Source: Oscillospiraceae bacterium (GTDB taxonomy: Bacteria; Bacillota; Clostridia; Oscillospirales; JAAYXM01). Taken from it: a stretch of 64,000 bases of DNA. The position numbers and the translations under genes are program-made. Positions within the stretch are counted from its first letter, which is position 1; the number at the start of each line of letters is the position of its first letter. The stretch spans positions 3,684-67,683 of the forward strand of contig SVLF01000005.1 of assembly GCA_015068085.1 (NCBI GenBank). The letters run 5' to 3'. Shown here piece by piece: positions 15,916-24,309 of the stretch. The notes under the pieces are model-generated. The model had not been told where the DNA came from, searched no databases, and saw nothing but the letters and a program-made list of their open reading frames with translations.

Positions 15916-18129
15916 ATGAATCCGATGCTTAAAAACTTTGCCAGTGCAGCAAAGGAACAGATAGAAGCAAGCAGAAAACTGCAGCACGAACGTTTTTTCA
16001 ATGTGCTGACGTCTGCTAAATTGAGCGAGCCGGCGGTTGAGTACGGCCATGGCAAGCAAGTTGTGCTCTGTCCGGAGCCGGTGAGCTTTATGGACGAGTT
16101 TTTTGATATATCAAACAGTCAGCAGCTGTGCATAGATAAGTTTCGCGAGATGATAAAAGAATTTCCGGCGGTGGATATGTCTACTCCTCCGGAGGACGGA
16201 AGCTGGTTCCATTCGACTATGGATGGAATAAACCTGAGACCGGGGTTCAGAAACAGTGATCCATCTGCTCCTGATGCGGTTACTATGGGGGATAAGGCTG
16301 TTCATGGCGTTGTTGTCGGACGTACGGGCTCGGGTAAATCTGTGTTTCTGAATAACTTAATATTTAACATGATGGCAGAATACTCACCGTGGGAACTCAA
16401 TCTATATCTGGCAGACTTTAAAAAAGTTGAGCTCAGCCGTTATCTTGCAGATGAACATGCTCCGCATGTCAAGGCTGTCGCTGCTACGAGCGAATTGCGA
16501 TATGTTATCTCCATGATTTCGTGGTTAGTATCCTGCATGCAGGCACGGCAGGACCTTTTTGCCCGTCTCGGCGTGCAAAAACTGGCAGATTTCCGTACAA
16601 AGTTCGGTGTGATGTTGCCTCGCGTACTGCTCATTGTGGACGAATTTCAGCAGATGTATTTGTCCGCTACCAGCAAGGAAAGCAGTATATTGCAGGAAAT
16701 GCTCACCGCCATAACCAAGCTTGGTCGTGCTACGGGTTTTCATCTGCTTTTTGCAAGTCAGGAAATGTCCGGAGCGCTCAGTGGCAGTGATCTGGCAAAC
16801 TTCAAGTTGCGTTTTGCACTGCCTTGCGAGAGTGAAGTCTCTCAAGCCATACTCGGCAACGCCAAAGCTTCTTCTCTTGAGATAGGTACGGTGTACGTGA
16901 ATATGGAGTCAGGTGCGGAGGAAGACAACATTCTCTTCCAGGTGCCGTTTATTCAGGATAAAGAAGAAAGAACAGGGGCAAAGCCATATTTTTATGATTA
17001 TATTTCGCGTACAGTCAGCAAGGCAGAACAATTCGGACTCAAACCGTTTGGCAAGCTGTATCAGGAGGACTACATAGAGCGCATGGATTCATTGCTGGAT
17101 GTGCTTGAACAGGTACGGTCTACGCGTCGCAGGATTATAAATCACTCCGGTGGGCAATATCTTGATGTCTGCACGCTTGGACCTGCTGTTGTGTACAGCA
17201 CGCGCCGTCACGATTTGGAAACGTTTTTTATCGAACGCGGTGTAAACAAGAATATACTGACGGTAACGCCCGAGATAGATGATGCTGCGTATATGCAGCG
17301 CTTGTTAGCGGAGAATTTTATATCTTCTCCACATGAAGAAAATGGTTCGTATGACAAATATCAGCATGTGGTTTTTGCCTTGAATCCGGTGATTACGGCA
17401 AAATATGATTTGTTGTCTACCCTTGAAAATAATTCAAAGTCAGAGGTGTTGATGTATAAGGATCCTGATGCAATGCAACTTGTTTGCGGAGCTTATTTTG
17501 AGAGAAGCGCTGTGGCAAGTGCGCTGATTACCGCACAGAGCGTCTCGGAATTTTTGCGACTTTATTTTAAGGAACTTGGGCGCCTGGAAGGAGAAAACTT
17601 CTCTGAACAGGGCGAATATGCATCAAAAATGTTTGATGGTGTGCGCGATGATGAGATTTCGGATGCGTGCAATCGCGTGCGTGAAGAAGCGCCTGAAATG
17701 ATGAATGCGATAGAGGATAAAATAGGCATTTATCAGGATAAGAAGCTTTATGGTCTTGAACGCTATGAATATTTCGCGCCGATGGTTGTTTGGATCAGTG
17801 GGATTGAGACTCTGGACAGTATTCCAAGCAAACTGACACTGGCAATGAAAAACGGGATGCAGGTCAATATGCTTTTTGCAATGTTCTCTGTTGGTGAGCC
17901 GGAGTCAATGTATGATTTTCTGAGTACATCGGATTATTTGTTTGCCAGCGGTACTAACGAGAAAATATATGATAAGCTCGGCATACAGTATACAAACAAA
18001 ACGCGGGGTAGTATCGTAATCGACTTTAGAATTAAGAGTCTCGATACAGTGCGTTCTTTTAAAAAGTATCTGTTCCGTCTCGACGAATGCGTTGTCCCAT
18101 CGATTGACTTTGATAATATTCTGGGATAA
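15916..18129 (+). CDS. FtsK/SpoIIIE-family P-loop ATPase with one intact and one degenerate domain (EssC/EccC-like, no TM segment) (P3)
   Basis: Walker A GRTGSGKS (nt 16318-16341), Walker B LLIVDEFQ (nt 16627-16650), then GFHLLFASQ. A second FtsK-like unit (aa ~440-737) lacks Walker A (ILTVTPEIDDAA) and has VVWISGIE / GMQVNMLFAMFS. Confidence 0.8.
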   Translation: MNPMLKNFASAAKEQIEASRKLQHERFFNVLTSAKLSEPAVEYGHGKQVVLCPEPVSFMDEFFDISNSQQLCIDKFREMIKEFPAVDMSTPPEDGSWFHSTMDGINLRPGFRNSDPSAPDAVTMGDKAVHGVVVGRTGSGKSVFLNNLIFNMMAEYSPWELNLYLADFKKVELSRYLADEHAPHVKAVAATSELRYVISMISWLVSCMQARQDLFARLGVQKLADFRTKFGVMLPRVLLIVDEFQQMYLSATSKESSILQEMLTAITKLGRATGFHLLFASQEMSGALSGSDLANFKLRFALPCESEVSQAILGNAKASSLEIGTVYVNMESGAEEDNILFQVPFIQDKEERTGAKPYFYDYISRTVSKAEQFGLKPFGKLYQEDYIERMDSLLDVLEQVRSTRRRIINHSGGQYLDVCTLGPAVVYSTRRHDLETFFIERGVNKNILTVTPEIDDAAYMQRLLAENFISSPHEENGSYDKYQHVVFALNPVITAKYDLLSTLENNSKSEVLMYKDPDAMQLVCGAYFERSAVASALITAQSVSEFLRLYFKELGRLEGENFSEQGEYASKMFDGVRDDEISDACNRVREEAPEMMNAIEDKIGIYQDKKLYGLERYEYFAPMVVWISGIETLDSIPSKLTLAMKNGMQVNMLFAMFSVGEPESMYDFLSTSDYLFASGTNEKIYDKLGIQYTNKTRGSIVIDFRIKSLDTVRSFKKYLFRLDECVVPSIDFDNILG

Positions 18130-18155
18130 GATTCCGGAAAAGGAAGTGTGTTGAA

Positions 18156-20666
18156 ATGGAGATCAGGTTTACGGAAAAAGAACAAAAAGATTTTCGAAGA
18201 ATGTTTAATGATTTTTTTGAGGATCGGAAGAATATAACACAGGATTTTTTTGATGGACTTAAGGAAGAGGCTGAGAAGAAAAACTATGAACCACTGACCA
18301 CGTTTATCAAAAACGCGGGAGAAATTTATAAAGAATTAGAAAAAACGACAAGAGAAGGGCTTAATAGTTGTGCATCCGATATTGTTCCGCGTGAACTTGG
18401 ACGTCTTTCGGGTGGTAGTGAGTTCGAAGCAAATTTCAATAAAGCGTTTAGAGGTGCCATTAAGCCAATGGATAGCAGTACTGTTATTTCATTGCCTGTG
18501 ATAACATCTGGTGAGGCGCTGATGGATAAAGTGATATTTGACGAAATCAGGGAGAAGGTCAAAAAATATCAGGAGTCAATGCGGAAATCAGTGGACTCAT
18601 TGGAAAGATATCTGAAAAGATATGACAGGAACACTCTTAGTTGTCTTTTTGAGCCAATAGGAAGGGCAGTAATTTATGCACACAACGATTTCTGTAGCGC
18701 ATTTAACGCCAAGTTCGGTGAGTTTGAAGGGATATACAGTCGGTTGCCGGATCATATTCAGATGGGTTCAACCGGGCAGTCTGGGCAGAATCCGTTTCAG
18801 TTGGGCAGCGGCAATTCACAACCGAATTATCAAAGAGATGCGCTGCCCGGAGCAACGCGTCGCAGAGGTCAAGGTGAGCGACCGTCAGCGCCGGATTCAA
18901 ACCAAAATCCGAACGGACAGACTCCGACTTCAAATGCTGATCCGCGGCAGGGGATAGAGTTTAAAATTGAGAAGTTCAGAACTGATATTCTGAAGCTTCG
19001 TGAGGGTACGGTGGACGACCGCTTTCGGGCGTTGCAAAGCCTTACCAAATCTATTTCGAATGCGGTGCCAAGTGGAAGCATTCTCACTCATCAGAGCGGG
19101 CCAGACGCCAGTAAAACAGCGGATGCCTATAAGTATTTAATTGATAATATTGCACCGTTTGTGGTCCGTGAAAGCAGGGCAACCAGCCGGCATGAGGAAT
19201 GGAGCAATGGTCCTGAAGGTGAAAAGAGCACCGAAGAGTTGGTAAAGGATATCACCGGAAAGGAAAAAAAGGAGCTTAAGTTTGATGATTGGAAATATTA
19301 TAGTCAACAAAAAGAGGCTTTGAATAAAATCACTGAAACCGATTTTCAAAAGTTCGGAGCAGTTTTTGCACTTCTCAAACGCAATCTGGCAGAAGGAACC
19401 GTTCTTTCTTCGGGAAATTTCCGTTTTTCGCGCAATGATAGAAGCCAATGGAAAAACACAGGAAAAGATATGGGGTTGCTGATTGTAGCAATGGTGCGCT
19501 TTTCCGGCTTACTGCTTGGCGATAATGTTGATTGTTGGTGGTTGGATGAATACGGGACACTGAAATATGAGGAAGAGCCGGTCGTTGCCACTATGGACGA
19601 TGAACGCGCCGCGGCAAATGCGCGCTTATTGCTTGAAAAATACCGTCGCGAGGATGCCAGTTTCAAGAGTTTGTATAAAAAGGCATGGGATGATTTTCGT
19701 TTTGGAATTTCTGTCGGGGAAAAAGCAATACAAGCGGTGTCATCGCTGATAAGAATGGGATGTCTGGTGGTAAATCCGCTTGGATATGTAACTGTTGATG
19801 TAGTTTTAAAAGCAATGGAAAAAAGCGTGGAAATAGCTTCAGCGGCAGGCAACGAAGGAATGGCCGGCATAGCGAAGATCGGCATAGAAAGTACGGGAAT
19901 TGCTGAACGGATTGAGGACGCTATTGGCGATGCAGATAAACAAGTAAGAGATAAGGTTATTAATTTGCTTCGTAGCAAATCGTTGGAGAGAATACGAAAT
20001 ATAAGTGATACCCTGATTGCTAAAGACACGAAAGTCAGCGATGCAGTAAAAATGGCTAAGGAATTTATGGAACCACTGGTGTCGGAAGGACTTTTGCAGC
20101 TTTCAGATGTCCAAGTGATAAGCGATGCCCTTGATATGATAAGCGGAGTGAAAGAAACACTCAGTAATTGTGTGGCTCCTGCGGCGGAAAAGATCGGCAG
20201 AGCTGTTGATAAGGCAAAACAGTTTGTTTCTCCTGCTACTGATTGGATTGATAAAAAGTTCGTCTCTCCTGCTACTGACTGGATCGACAAGAAGGTTCCG
20301 GATAAGGATAGCATACCAAACTGGATGGAAAATTGGGTCAGAGAAGCTCCGGGAAAAATCCGGAAACATCGCGGTTATGAAGGCTCGTGGGATGATGTGC
20401 GTGCTTATCTTGATATGGCGGGAAATGAATTCCGCGAGTTGGATACATGTATTCTTGATTGCCGTGCAAAAGTTTCCGGATGGATGCAGGATACACAACT
20501 TGATGTTGAGTCGGCATATCTGGGCGTTTATATCAAAGAGAAAAAGAGCGGTGTAGTACCCCCTGATAAACATATGGTGGCAGAAAAATGCAGAGCGTTG
20601 CTAAAATCATGGGGTTACGAAGTAGATGAAGATCCGCTGCAGACATGTCTGAACAAACTTGATTAA
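18156..20666 (+). CDS. hypothetical large protein, 836 aa: P2-like N-terminal domain + disordered Q/N/G/P-rich linker + unassigned ~570-aa C-terminal region (candidate effector) (P4)
   Basis: AAGGAAG RBS. Linker GSTGQSGQNPFQLGSGNSQPNYQ...NQNPNGQTPTSNADPRQG at nt ~18762-18953. I recognised no enzymatic motif in the C-terminal part. Confidence 0.6.
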   Translation: MEIRFTEKEQKDFRRMFNDFFEDRKNITQDFFDGLKEEAEKKNYEPLTTFIKNAGEIYKELEKTTREGLNSCASDIVPRELGRLSGGSEFEANFNKAFRGAIKPMDSSTVISLPVITSGEALMDKVIFDEIREKVKKYQESMRKSVDSLERYLKRYDRNTLSCLFEPIGRAVIYAHNDFCSAFNAKFGEFEGIYSRLPDHIQMGSTGQSGQNPFQLGSGNSQPNYQRDALPGATRRRGQGERPSAPDSNQNPNGQTPTSNADPRQGIEFKIEKFRTDILKLREGTVDDRFRALQSLTKSISNAVPSGSILTHQSGPDASKTADAYKYLIDNIAPFVVRESRATSRHEEWSNGPEGEKSTEELVKDITGKEKKELKFDDWKYYSQQKEALNKITETDFQKFGAVFALLKRNLAEGTVLSSGNFRFSRNDRSQWKNTGKDMGLLIVAMVRFSGLLLGDNVDCWWLDEYGTLKYEEEPVVATMDDERAAANARLLLEKYRREDASFKSLYKKAWDDFRFGISVGEKAIQAVSSLIRMGCLVVNPLGYVTVDVVLKAMEKSVEIASAAGNEGMAGIAKIGIESTGIAERIEDAIGDADKQVRDKVINLLRSKSLERIRNISDTLIAKDTKVSDAVKMAKEFMEPLVSEGLLQLSDVQVISDALDMISGVKETLSNCVAPAAEKIGRAVDKAKQFVSPATDWIDKKFVSPATDWIDKKVPDKDSIPNWMENWVREAPGKIRKHRGYEGSWDDVRAYLDMAGNEFRELDTCILDCRAKVSGWMQDTQLDVESAYLGVYIKEKKSGVVPPDKHMVAEKCRALLKSWGYEVDEDPLQTCLNKLD
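20223..20294 (+). repeat. in-frame tandem duplication, 2 x 36 nt, encoding FVSPATDWIDKK twice
   Basis: The units at 20223-20258 and 20259-20294 differ at 6 positions, all synonymous third-codon positions. Confidence 0.9.
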
Positions 20667-20679
20667 AGGAGATTGCAGG

Positions 20680-21501
20680 ATGAATTGTGGATTTATGAAG
20701 AGAAATTTCGGAAAGCTTGGAGGTTTTTACACCTTCGCTGTACCGATATATATTTTGCTTCTGATGATGTGCTTCAATCGAGGCGGAAATGCAAATGCCG
20801 GTGTTGGTATAGCATCCGGTTTTCCGGAGAATTCGAACACAGCAGTGGAAGAAATATTCGATTACTACACGGTATATGACGCTGACGGTGCGGAAGAGAT
20901 ATACGAGGCGGGCGAGCGCGTTGTGAAGTCTATGGATGAAACCGCGGATACGCTTATGTCCGGCGGCAGTGCATATTTTGACGATGTGGATTGCGTTTCA
21001 CTGACAACGTCGGTGCAGTCGAAATCCAATGTACTCTACCATTATATGAGTCTGGGCGGGGATCTTGGTCAAGCAATTTTCGGTGCCGTGGAAAACTCCG
21101 GTAAATGGGAATATTTCTTCGTGCCTGCGGACGGTAGTGAGGACTATTTAATATCGTTTACACTTCCGTCTGATGTTGCAAACCGCAAAGGCGTAATAAA
21201 GGAAGGCGCACAGATAGATATATACAGTGAACCCGGTTGCTATGACAGCTATGCGACGCTTGTTGTTGCAATAAGGAAAGAGAATGGCTCGCGGCAGATA
21301 ATGTCCTACTATGTAGAAACTGCGGCAGACGGGAAGCAGAAGTTTACTGAGGGTGAAACAGTCAAGATAAAGGATAGCCAGAATGCGTATATGTATAGCT
21401 ATAATGAGCTTCATCTTGTGACAAACGGATTGCTTGGACAGAAGGTGAAAAGTTATACTTTTGAGGGCGGTACGGTAACCGAAGCAGATGTGGAAAGATA
21501 A
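20680..21501 (+). CDS. hypothetical exported / N-terminally membrane-anchored protein (P5)
   Basis: AAAGGAG 7 nt before ATG 20680. N-terminus MNCGFMKRNFGKLGGFYTFAVPIYILLLMMCFNRGG looks like a signal/anchor, possibly a lipobox-like LMMC. The rest is polar and beta-rich looking. Confidence 0.6.
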   Translation: MNCGFMKRNFGKLGGFYTFAVPIYILLLMMCFNRGGNANAGVGIASGFPENSNTAVEEIFDYYTVYDADGAEEIYEAGERVVKSMDETADTLMSGGSAYFDDVDCVSLTTSVQSKSNVLYHYMSLGGDLGQAIFGAVENSGKWEYFFVPADGSEDYLISFTLPSDVANRKGVIKEGAQIDIYSEPGCYDSYATLVVAIRKENGSRQIMSYYVETAADGKQKFTEGETVKIKDSQNAYMYSYNELHLVTNGLLGQKVKSYTFEGGTVTEADVER

Positions 21502-21622
21502 TCTGTACGAAATTGAGTGAAAGAAGATGTTCCTTTCCGTGATTTATCATTGTTGCGGCAGGGGACATCTCTGTCTGTTTCAGAATAATGGCTATGTTTT
21601 GTAGATGATATAAATCAAACAT

Positions 21623-21667
21623 TACATTTCAATAATCTTTTTGACGTACATTCAATAATCTTTTTGA
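21623..21667 (+). promoter_or_regulatory. two direct repeats (TACAT(T)TCAATAATCTTTTTGA) immediately upstream of the purA -35
   Basis: An identical 17-mer, TTCAATAATCTTTTTGA, occurs at 21628-21644 and 21651-21667 (23-bp phase). Each contains TCAA-N8-TTGA dyad symmetry. Confidence 0.5.
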
Positions 21668-21673
21668 TTTTTC

Positions 21674-21702
21674 TTGCAAATGCGATGTGTTTATGCTACA
21701 AT
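21674..21702 (+). promoter_or_regulatory. sigma-A-type promoter with extended -10 (TTGCAA-17-TGcTACAAT) for purA
   Basis: TTGCAA 21674-21679, 17-nt spacer, TACAAT 21697-21702. Confidence 0.55.
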
Positions 21703-21734
21703 ATAGGGTGGAAATTAATCAGGAGGTCTTTTAT

Positions 21735-23009
21735 ATGTCAGGAAAAGTCATCCTCGGTGCTCAGTGGGGCGATGAGGGAAAGGGTAAATTTATTGATATT
21801 TTCGCATCGGAGGCAGACCTTGTTGTTCGTTCTCAGGGCGGTAATAACGCAGGTCACACGGTTATCGTCGGCGATAACGTGTATAAGCTCCATCTCATCC
21901 CGTCGGGCATTCTCTATTCGGGAACAATGAATGTTATCGGTTCGGGTGTTGTGCTTGATCCGAAGGTTATTCTTGCTGAAATGGACGAGCTCGCTTCAAA
22001 GGGCGCGCCGCTTGATAACCTCTTTATCGACGAGCGCACGCACGTTATAATGCCGTGGCACATCGAGCAGGACGGGCTTGAAGAGGCTGCCCGCGGTGCA
22101 GGCAATATCGGAACAACCAAGAAGGGCATCGGCCCGTGCTATATGGACAAGGCTCAGCGCATCGGCATCCGTATGCATGACTTCATCTCAAAGGATAAGT
22201 TCTTTGCAGCGGTAAAGCGCGTGGGCGAAATGAAAAATAAGCTGTTTGTAAGCTACTATGGCGGCAAGGCTCTTGACCTTGATGCAATCGCAGAGGAATA
22301 CTGGGTATATGCCCAGCGTCTCGCACCGATGGTGCGTGACACAAGCGTTATGGTCTTTGATGCAATCAAGGCAGGGAAAAAGGTTCTTTTCGAGGGCGCA
22401 CAGGGTACGCTTCTTGATATTGATATGGGAACATATCCGTACGTTACATCCTCTCATCCGGTTGCGGGCGGCGTTTGCGTAGGCGCAGGCATTGGACCGA
22501 CTCTTATCGACGAGGTTGTAGGTATCTTCAAGGGTTACACCACACGCGTCGGTCAGGGACCGTTCCCGACAGAGCTTGATGACGAGGTCGGCGAATACAT
22601 CCGTCAGGCGGGTGCAGAGTTTGGCGTAACAACCGGACGCGCACGCAGAACGGGCTGGTTTGACGCAGTTATGGCGCGCTATGCAGTCCGCGTAAACGGT
22701 CTTACATCTATCGTAATCAACAAAATCGATCCGCTTCGCGGGCTTCCGAAGATTAAGCTTTGCACAGCTTATGAAATGGACGGCAAGATTATAAACGATT
22801 TCCCGGCAGACCTTGATAATCTCGCAAAGTGCAAGCCGGTTTATGAAGAATTTGACGGATTTGATGAAGATCTTTCCGGAATCAGAAACTACAACGATTT
22901 CCCGGAAAGTGTGAAGACATATATCGACGCTGTTGAGAAGGCTTGCGGCTGCAAGGTTTCCATAGTTGGTGTAGGTCCTGACCGCGAGCAGATAGTTTAT
23001 AAGGATTAG
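21735..23009 (+). CDS. purA: adenylosuccinate synthase
   Basis: MSGKVILGAQWGDEGKGK P-loop signature and PurA length. AGGAGG 8 nt upstream of ATG 21735. Confidence 0.92.
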   Translation: MSGKVILGAQWGDEGKGKFIDIFASEADLVVRSQGGNNAGHTVIVGDNVYKLHLIPSGILYSGTMNVIGSGVVLDPKVILAEMDELASKGAPLDNLFIDERTHVIMPWHIEQDGLEEAARGAGNIGTTKKGIGPCYMDKAQRIGIRMHDFISKDKFFAAVKRVGEMKNKLFVSYYGGKALDLDAIAEEYWVYAQRLAPMVRDTSVMVFDAIKAGKKVLFEGAQGTLLDIDMGTYPYVTSSHPVAGGVCVGAGIGPTLIDEVVGIFKGYTTRVGQGPFPTELDDEVGEYIRQAGAEFGVTTGRARRTGWFDAVMARYAVRVNGLTSIVINKIDPLRGLPKIKLCTAYEMDGKIINDFPADLDNLAKCKPVYEEFDGFDEDLSGIRNYNDFPESVKTYIDAVEKACGCKVSIVGVGPDREQIVYKD

Positions 23010-23020
23010 GAGAGCTTCTT

Positions 23021-24247
23021 ATGTCTAAAATAAATGTTGTAGGTCTCGGGTATATCGGACTTCCGACTGCGCTTATGTTTGCCTCTCACGGCGTTGAGGT
23101 TGTGGGAACAGACTATAACGCAGAGCTTGTTGCAACGCTTAACGCAGGGAAAACAACCTTTGAAGAGGATGGGCTTGACGAGCTGTTTGCCAACGCTCTT
23201 TCCTGCGGAATAAAGTTCACTACTGAGTATATCGCAACGGACGTTTATATCGTTTCGGTGCCCACTCCATATGACAAGGCAAGCAAGAAAATTGACCCGA
23301 AATACGTTATAAGCGCGGTTGAGAGCGTTATGGCGGTTTGCCCGAAGGGTGCAACGGTTGTTGTTGAGTCAACCGTATCACCGGGAACAATTGACCGCTT
23401 TGTGCGTCCGGTTATCGAAGCGAACGGCTTTGTTATCGGGCGTGACATCAATCTTGTTCACGCGCCGGAGCGTATTATTCCGGGCAATATGGTGTACGAG
23501 CTTGAGTATAACTCAAGAACAATCGGCGCGGATGATAAGGCAATCGGCGAGAAGATAAAGGCTCTTTATGCTTCTTTCTGTAAGGGTGAGATAGTTGTTA
23601 CCGATATCCGCACGGCAGAGATGTCAAAGGTTGTTGAAAATACCTTCCGTGATATCAACATCGCTTTTGCAAACGAGCTTGCAAAAATCTGCCGCAGTGA
23701 CGGTATGGATGTTTATGAGATTATCCGCATCGCAAACAAGCATCCGCGCGTAAATATTCTCCAGCCCGGCCCCGGTGTCGGCGGTCACTGTATTTCCGTT
23801 GACCCGTGGTTCCTTGTCGGAGATTATCCCGGTCTTGCAAACATCATTCTTGCGGCTCGTAAGATAAACGATTCTATGCCTGAGTTTGTGCTTGAGCGCA
23901 TCCGTGAGATTATGGATGAAAACAATATCACCGATATTTCGCGTGTCGGTCTTTACGGTCTTACCTATAAGGAGGACGTTGATGATGTGCGGGAGAGCCC
24001 GGCACTGCAGATGCTTGACAGCATGAAGCGTCATCTCGGCGGAAAGATTTGTGCTTACGATCCGTTTGTTAAAACCCGTTTGTGTGACGGTCAGGTATTT
24101 GACTTTGATGAGTTCTTATCATCGGTTGATATCGTTGTTGTGCTTACATCGCATACACATATAAAAGAAAACGCGGATCGCCTGAAGGATAAGATTGTTT
24201 TCGACACACGAAACATCATTTCCGGCGAAAAGGTATATAAGCTGTAA
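23021..24247 (+). CDS. wecC: UDP-N-acetyl-D-mannosamine dehydrogenase-like nucleotide-sugar dehydrogenase
   Basis: N-terminus INVVGLGYIGLPTALMFASHG and the catalytic-Cys region GGHCIS, in the UDP-glucose/GDP-mannose dehydrogenase family. Confidence 0.7.
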   Translation: MSKINVVGLGYIGLPTALMFASHGVEVVGTDYNAELVATLNAGKTTFEEDGLDELFANALSCGIKFTTEYIATDVYIVSVPTPYDKASKKIDPKYVISAVESVMAVCPKGATVVVESTVSPGTIDRFVRPVIEANGFVIGRDINLVHAPERIIPGNMVYELEYNSRTIGADDKAIGEKIKALYASFCKGEIVVTDIRTAEMSKVVENTFRDINIAFANELAKICRSDGMDVYEIIRIANKHPRVNILQPGPGVGGHCISVDPWFLVGDYPGLANIILAARKINDSMPEFVLERIREIMDENNITDISRVGLYGLTYKEDVDDVRESPALQMLDSMKRHLGGKICAYDPFVKTRLCDGQVFDFDEFLSSVDIVVVLTSHTHIKENADRLKDKIVFDTRNIISGEKVYKL

Positions 24248-24262
24248 GAAAAGTATAAGCAT

Positions 24263-24298
24263 GCCCGTAAAAAGCCTTTGGCTTTTTACGGGCGTTTT
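24263..24298. terminator. bidirectional intrinsic terminator
   Basis: 14-bp stem GCCCGTAAAAAGCC / GGCTTTTTACGGGC followed by GTTTT, between convergent genes. Confidence 0.8.
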
Positions 24299-24309
24299 AC
24301 ATTTTTATA

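Noticed and set aside
19346-20314. A 322-aa ORF antisense to P4, and similar long antisense ORFs at 35250..36074, 25810..26418, 5694..6419, 29872..30582, 50317..51039 and 8803..9294.
   Set aside because: All are fully embedded opposite stronger ORFs with recognisable products or RBSs. They lack Shine-Dalgarno sequences and have skewed, low-complexity compositions (Ser/Arg/Cys-rich) typical of shadow frames.
21527-21604. A 25-codon Cys-rich ORF (MFLSVIYHCCGRGHLCLFQNNGYVL) just downstream of the operon.
   Set aside because: It has only a weak purine tract upstream and no clear promoter or terminator. It is plausible by chance in an AT-rich spacer.
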